A stretch of 64,000 bases of DNA from Candidatus Aminicenantia bacterium (lineage in GTDB: Bacteria > Acidobacteriota > Aminicenantia > Aminicenantales > Saccharicenantaceae), in NCBI GenBank assembly GCA_041479905.1, contig JBGOYY010000005.1, positions 7,665-71,664 on the forward strand. The letters are read 5' to 3'. A program made the position numbers and the translations under genes. The notes under the pieces are model-generated. The model ran no database searches and was not told the DNA's origin. It worked only from the letters and a program-made list of their open reading frames with translations. Within the stretch, counting starts at the first letter, position 1. The number at the start of each line of letters is the position of its first letter. Of this stretch, positions 61,769 through 64,000 are shown piece after piece.

Positions 61769-62217
61769 CTTGCCTCCTCGATGGATCATTCGCCTTATCT
61801 TATTAGAGGCGGACCCATCTAGCAAGGTGGAGGAGGGGGATAAAGAAGGGGGACGCGTATCAACTGGACCAATCCCCTGATACGCCCCGAATCACGTTTT
61901 TCGAGTGTAAACACGAACCCACAAAAAACGCGCAGGACCGTTCCCTGAGGAGGCCGTGCAATATGGGGCTGAGGGGTGTCGTCGGAGGAAGCATAAAGCA
62001 GTAATCCATCTCTTTCCAATCAAACAAAGTGGAGGATTACTACTGCGGACGGAGACGATCCCCGAGGCCCCTCCGCGGCCGGCGGCGGGAATACCCCGAG
62101 CGATAATAAGTGGATTCCGAGTCGGCAATCCCTGAGCCCCGGGCTCAGGGCAACGTCAACTGAGCATGCGCCAGGCATAGGAGCGTCCGGACGGGGACGC
62201 CATACGGGCAGGTCCGC

Positions 62218-62586
62218 TTACTTCTTCTTCGCGGTCCACTCGATCTCGCGATCCCTCATGGACATGGTGCCCTTCATGGTATCGCCTTCGACCGTGCCCT
62301 TGTAGATGATGATCATCTCGCCCTGCTGAGTCTGGCGGACGACCTTCCACTCGATGGCGTTGCCTTCGATGGTGCCGTCAGCCGTGACCGGATCCCCGCC
62401 CCGGGGCCCGGGAGGCATGGTCACCTTGATCTTGTTGCCTTCCTGGACGATGGTGATGTCCTGGGTCGTCATGGCGCCGTCGCGGCCCGGCCGGCTCAAG
62501 GCCCAGGTGCCGGAAACGTCGACGGCCCAGGCGGCGAGGGACAGGACGGCCAGAATGGCGAGTGCGGCGAGTGTGGCTTTCTTCAT
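62218..62586 (-). CDS. small secreted hypothetical protein (~100-aa mature, beta-rich)
   Basis: Signal peptide MKKATLAALAILAVLSLAAWA, then alternating hydrophobic/polar beta-strand pattern. No recognisable family. Confidence 0.35.
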   Translation of the reverse strand: MKKATLAALAILAVLSLAAWAVDVSGTWALSRPGRDGAMTTQDITIVQEGNKIKVTMPPGPRGGDPVTADGTIEGNAIEWKVVRQTQQGEMIIIYKGTVEGDTMKGTMSMRDREIEWTAKKK

Positions 62587-62687
62587 AAAGTGTTCTCCTT
62601 TTTTAGAGAGATAGCCTTCATGGGATTAGACTGCGCGTCGTTTCTTTTCTTCCAACATCCGCGGGCATCCGCGGGCCGGCCGGCAAG

Positions 62688-63659
62688 CTAGCTCCCCTGA
62701 TAAATCATGGCCAGAACGACCTGGCCGACGGCCTTCAGGGTGTCGACGTCGATCTTGTCCAGGGTGTCCCCGGCGGTGTGCCAGCTCGAAGGAAAACCCT
62801 GCTTTTCGGTGTCGTAATGGATGATGTCGACGGTCGGGATGCCCGCTATCGTGTTGATATAGAGGTGGTCGTCGATGAGGGGGTCCGTTTCCCGGGCGAG
62901 GAAGTACTTGGAGAGGCCGAGCCCGCGGGCCGTTTCCCAGACCTTTTTCATGACCGCCGGGGCGTAGGTCATGGATGTCCCCTCCATGGGAAAGACGGCG
63001 TCGGACGCCCCGACCATGTCGAGCAGGATGCCGAAACGGGCTTTGTAGCCGGGGCGGTGGGGATTCCGGGCCCAGTACTGGGAGCCCAGGGCCCAGCTGT
63101 CCTTGGCGGAGCCGCGCCAGTTCCGGTGTTCGCCGAAATCCTCGAGGTCGAGGAGCAAGATGTCGACGCCGGCCGCGGGCTTTCTGAGCGAGAGCTGGCG
63201 GGCGACCTCGAGCAGGACCCCGACGCCGCTCGCCCCGTCGTTGGCCCCCATGACCGGCCTGAAATGATTGGCCGGGTCCGGGTCGTGGTCGGCGAAGGGC
63301 CGCGAATCCCAGTGAGCGCAGAGAAGGATCCTGTCCTTAGCCTCGGCGTTGAACGAGGCAATGATGTTCTTCCCGTCGAGAACCCTCCCGTCATAGGCCT
63401 TGGCCTGAAAGGCCTGCACGACGACATTGGGCGTCCACTGTTTGAGGGTCTTGACGAGCCAATCGGCGCAGGCGGCGTGGGCCGGGGTGTTGGGCACGCG
63501 CGGCCCGAACTCGACCTGCTTCTTGACGAAGCCGTAGGCCGATGAAGCATCGAACCCCAGCTTGCTTTCCCCAGAGCATATGGAAAACGCCGCGACTAGA
63601 ACAACCAGCGCCGGTATCGATATCGTTCTACTCTGCATTCTCCGTTTATTATACGCCAT
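62688..63659 (-). CDS. M28-family peptidase / glutaminyl-peptide cyclotransferase-like protein, secreted
   Basis: Zinc-ligand context LLCAHWDSRPFADHD..; GANDGASGVGVLLEVAR..; LLDLEDFGE. Confidence 0.65.
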   Translation of the reverse strand: MAYNKRRMQSRTISIPALVVLVAAFSICSGESKLGFDASSAYGFVKKQVEFGPRVPNTPAHAACADWLVKTLKQWTPNVVVQAFQAKAYDGRVLDGKNIIASFNAEAKDRILLCAHWDSRPFADHDPDPANHFRPVMGANDGASGVGVLLEVARQLSLRKPAAGVDILLLDLEDFGEHRNWRGSAKDSWALGSQYWARNPHRPGYKARFGILLDMVGASDAVFPMEGTSMTYAPAVMKKVWETARGLGLSKYFLARETDPLIDDHLYINTIAGIPTVDIIHYDTEKQGFPSSWHTAGDTLDKIDVDTLKAVGQVVLAMIYQGS

Positions 63660-63733
63660 TTCCCCGCTTGTTGCCCCGGCGCCGCGTTTTCAATATAATC
63701 CGCCCTTATCGTTCGCTACTCAAGGAGGTCCTC

Positions 63734-64000
63734 ATGAAACGCAACGTCAACACGGCGCTCCGGGTCGGCGCCCTTCTCGTCCTGGTCTTGGCCTTCGCCG
63801 GCCCGTTCGCGGCTCAGCAGGCCGCCCAAGGCCCCGATGCATCCAACCTGACCAGACACCTTCACTGGCGGAACATCGGCCCGGCCAACATGGTCGGCCG
63901 CATCTCCGACTTCGAAGCCCTGGACAACGACTTCACCCAGGTTCTCGTGGCCTCGGCCTCGGGCGGCGTGTTCAAATCCATCAACGCCGGGACGACCTGG
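63734..64000 (+). CDS. partial CDS (N-terminus only): secreted BNR/Asp-box (sortilin/Vps10-like) repeat protein
   Basis: Signal peptide MKRNVNTALRVGALLVLVLAFAGPFAA, then WRNIGPANMVGRISDFEA..VLVASASGGVFKSINAGTTW, typical of the first blade of BNR-repeat beta-propellers. Runs off the window end. Confidence 0.45.
   Translation, partial: MKRNVNTALRVGALLVLVLAFAGPFAAQQAAQGPDASNLTRHLHWRNIGPANMVGRISDFEALDNDFTQVLVASASGGVFKSINAGTTW

Noticed and set aside
62130-62150. Palindrome CCCTGAGCCCCGGGCTCAGGG as an intrinsic terminator for the small secreted-protein gene
   Set aside because: No U-rich tract on either strand after the stem. It is retained only as a structural observation in the intergenic-region finding.

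Overview
This 64 kb window is a gene-dense, high-GC (about 66% by eye) bacterial chromosomal segment with genes on both strands. Base composition and several protein families point to an Acidobacteriota-like organism, but that is inference only. The families are an acidobacterial-type secreted VWA protein, two DUF5916/CBM9-like outer-membrane proteins, an M6 metalloprotease and a PD40/tricorn-like protease. Core housekeeping genes are lepB, typA/bipA, apt, thiE, tsaE, nnr, the conserved gap-pgk-tpiA-secG-tRNA-Leu(GAG) block, hemW, the heptose genes gmhB-hldE plus a GT9 heptosyltransferase, and tRNA-Arg(TCG). The accessory and envelope content is: (1) ECF sigma factor / zinc-finger anti-sigma / secreted protein with two tandem TonB C-terminal domains; (2) a split MacB-type ABC exporter operon with three paralogous HlyD adaptor genes in series; (3) a YXWGXW-repeat lipoprotein behind a long AT-rich leader; (4) a VWA / OmpA / M6 metalloprotease cluster; (5) a YHS plus Met-rich putative copper-binding protein beside a frameshifted sigma/HEAT-repeat gene remnant; (6) an inositol-phosphate cluster (myo-inositol-1-phosphate synthase, CDP-alcohol phosphatidyltransferase, a cytidylyltransferase fused to a flippase-like membrane domain, and a methyltransferase); (7) a two-component system followed by DUF5916 and tandem-PepSY proteins; (8) a lower-GC two-gene islet abutting tRNA-Arg; (9) an AT-rich foreign-looking partial gene at the left edge next to a truncated SDR gene. 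I saw no CRISPR array, transposase or integrase. Many of the longest ORFs in the six-frame track are antisense artefacts of high GC; they have Arg/Gly/Asp/Pro-rich translations and were discarded in favour of homology-supported genes on the opposite strand. All family assignments rest on motif recognition by eye; no database search was run.
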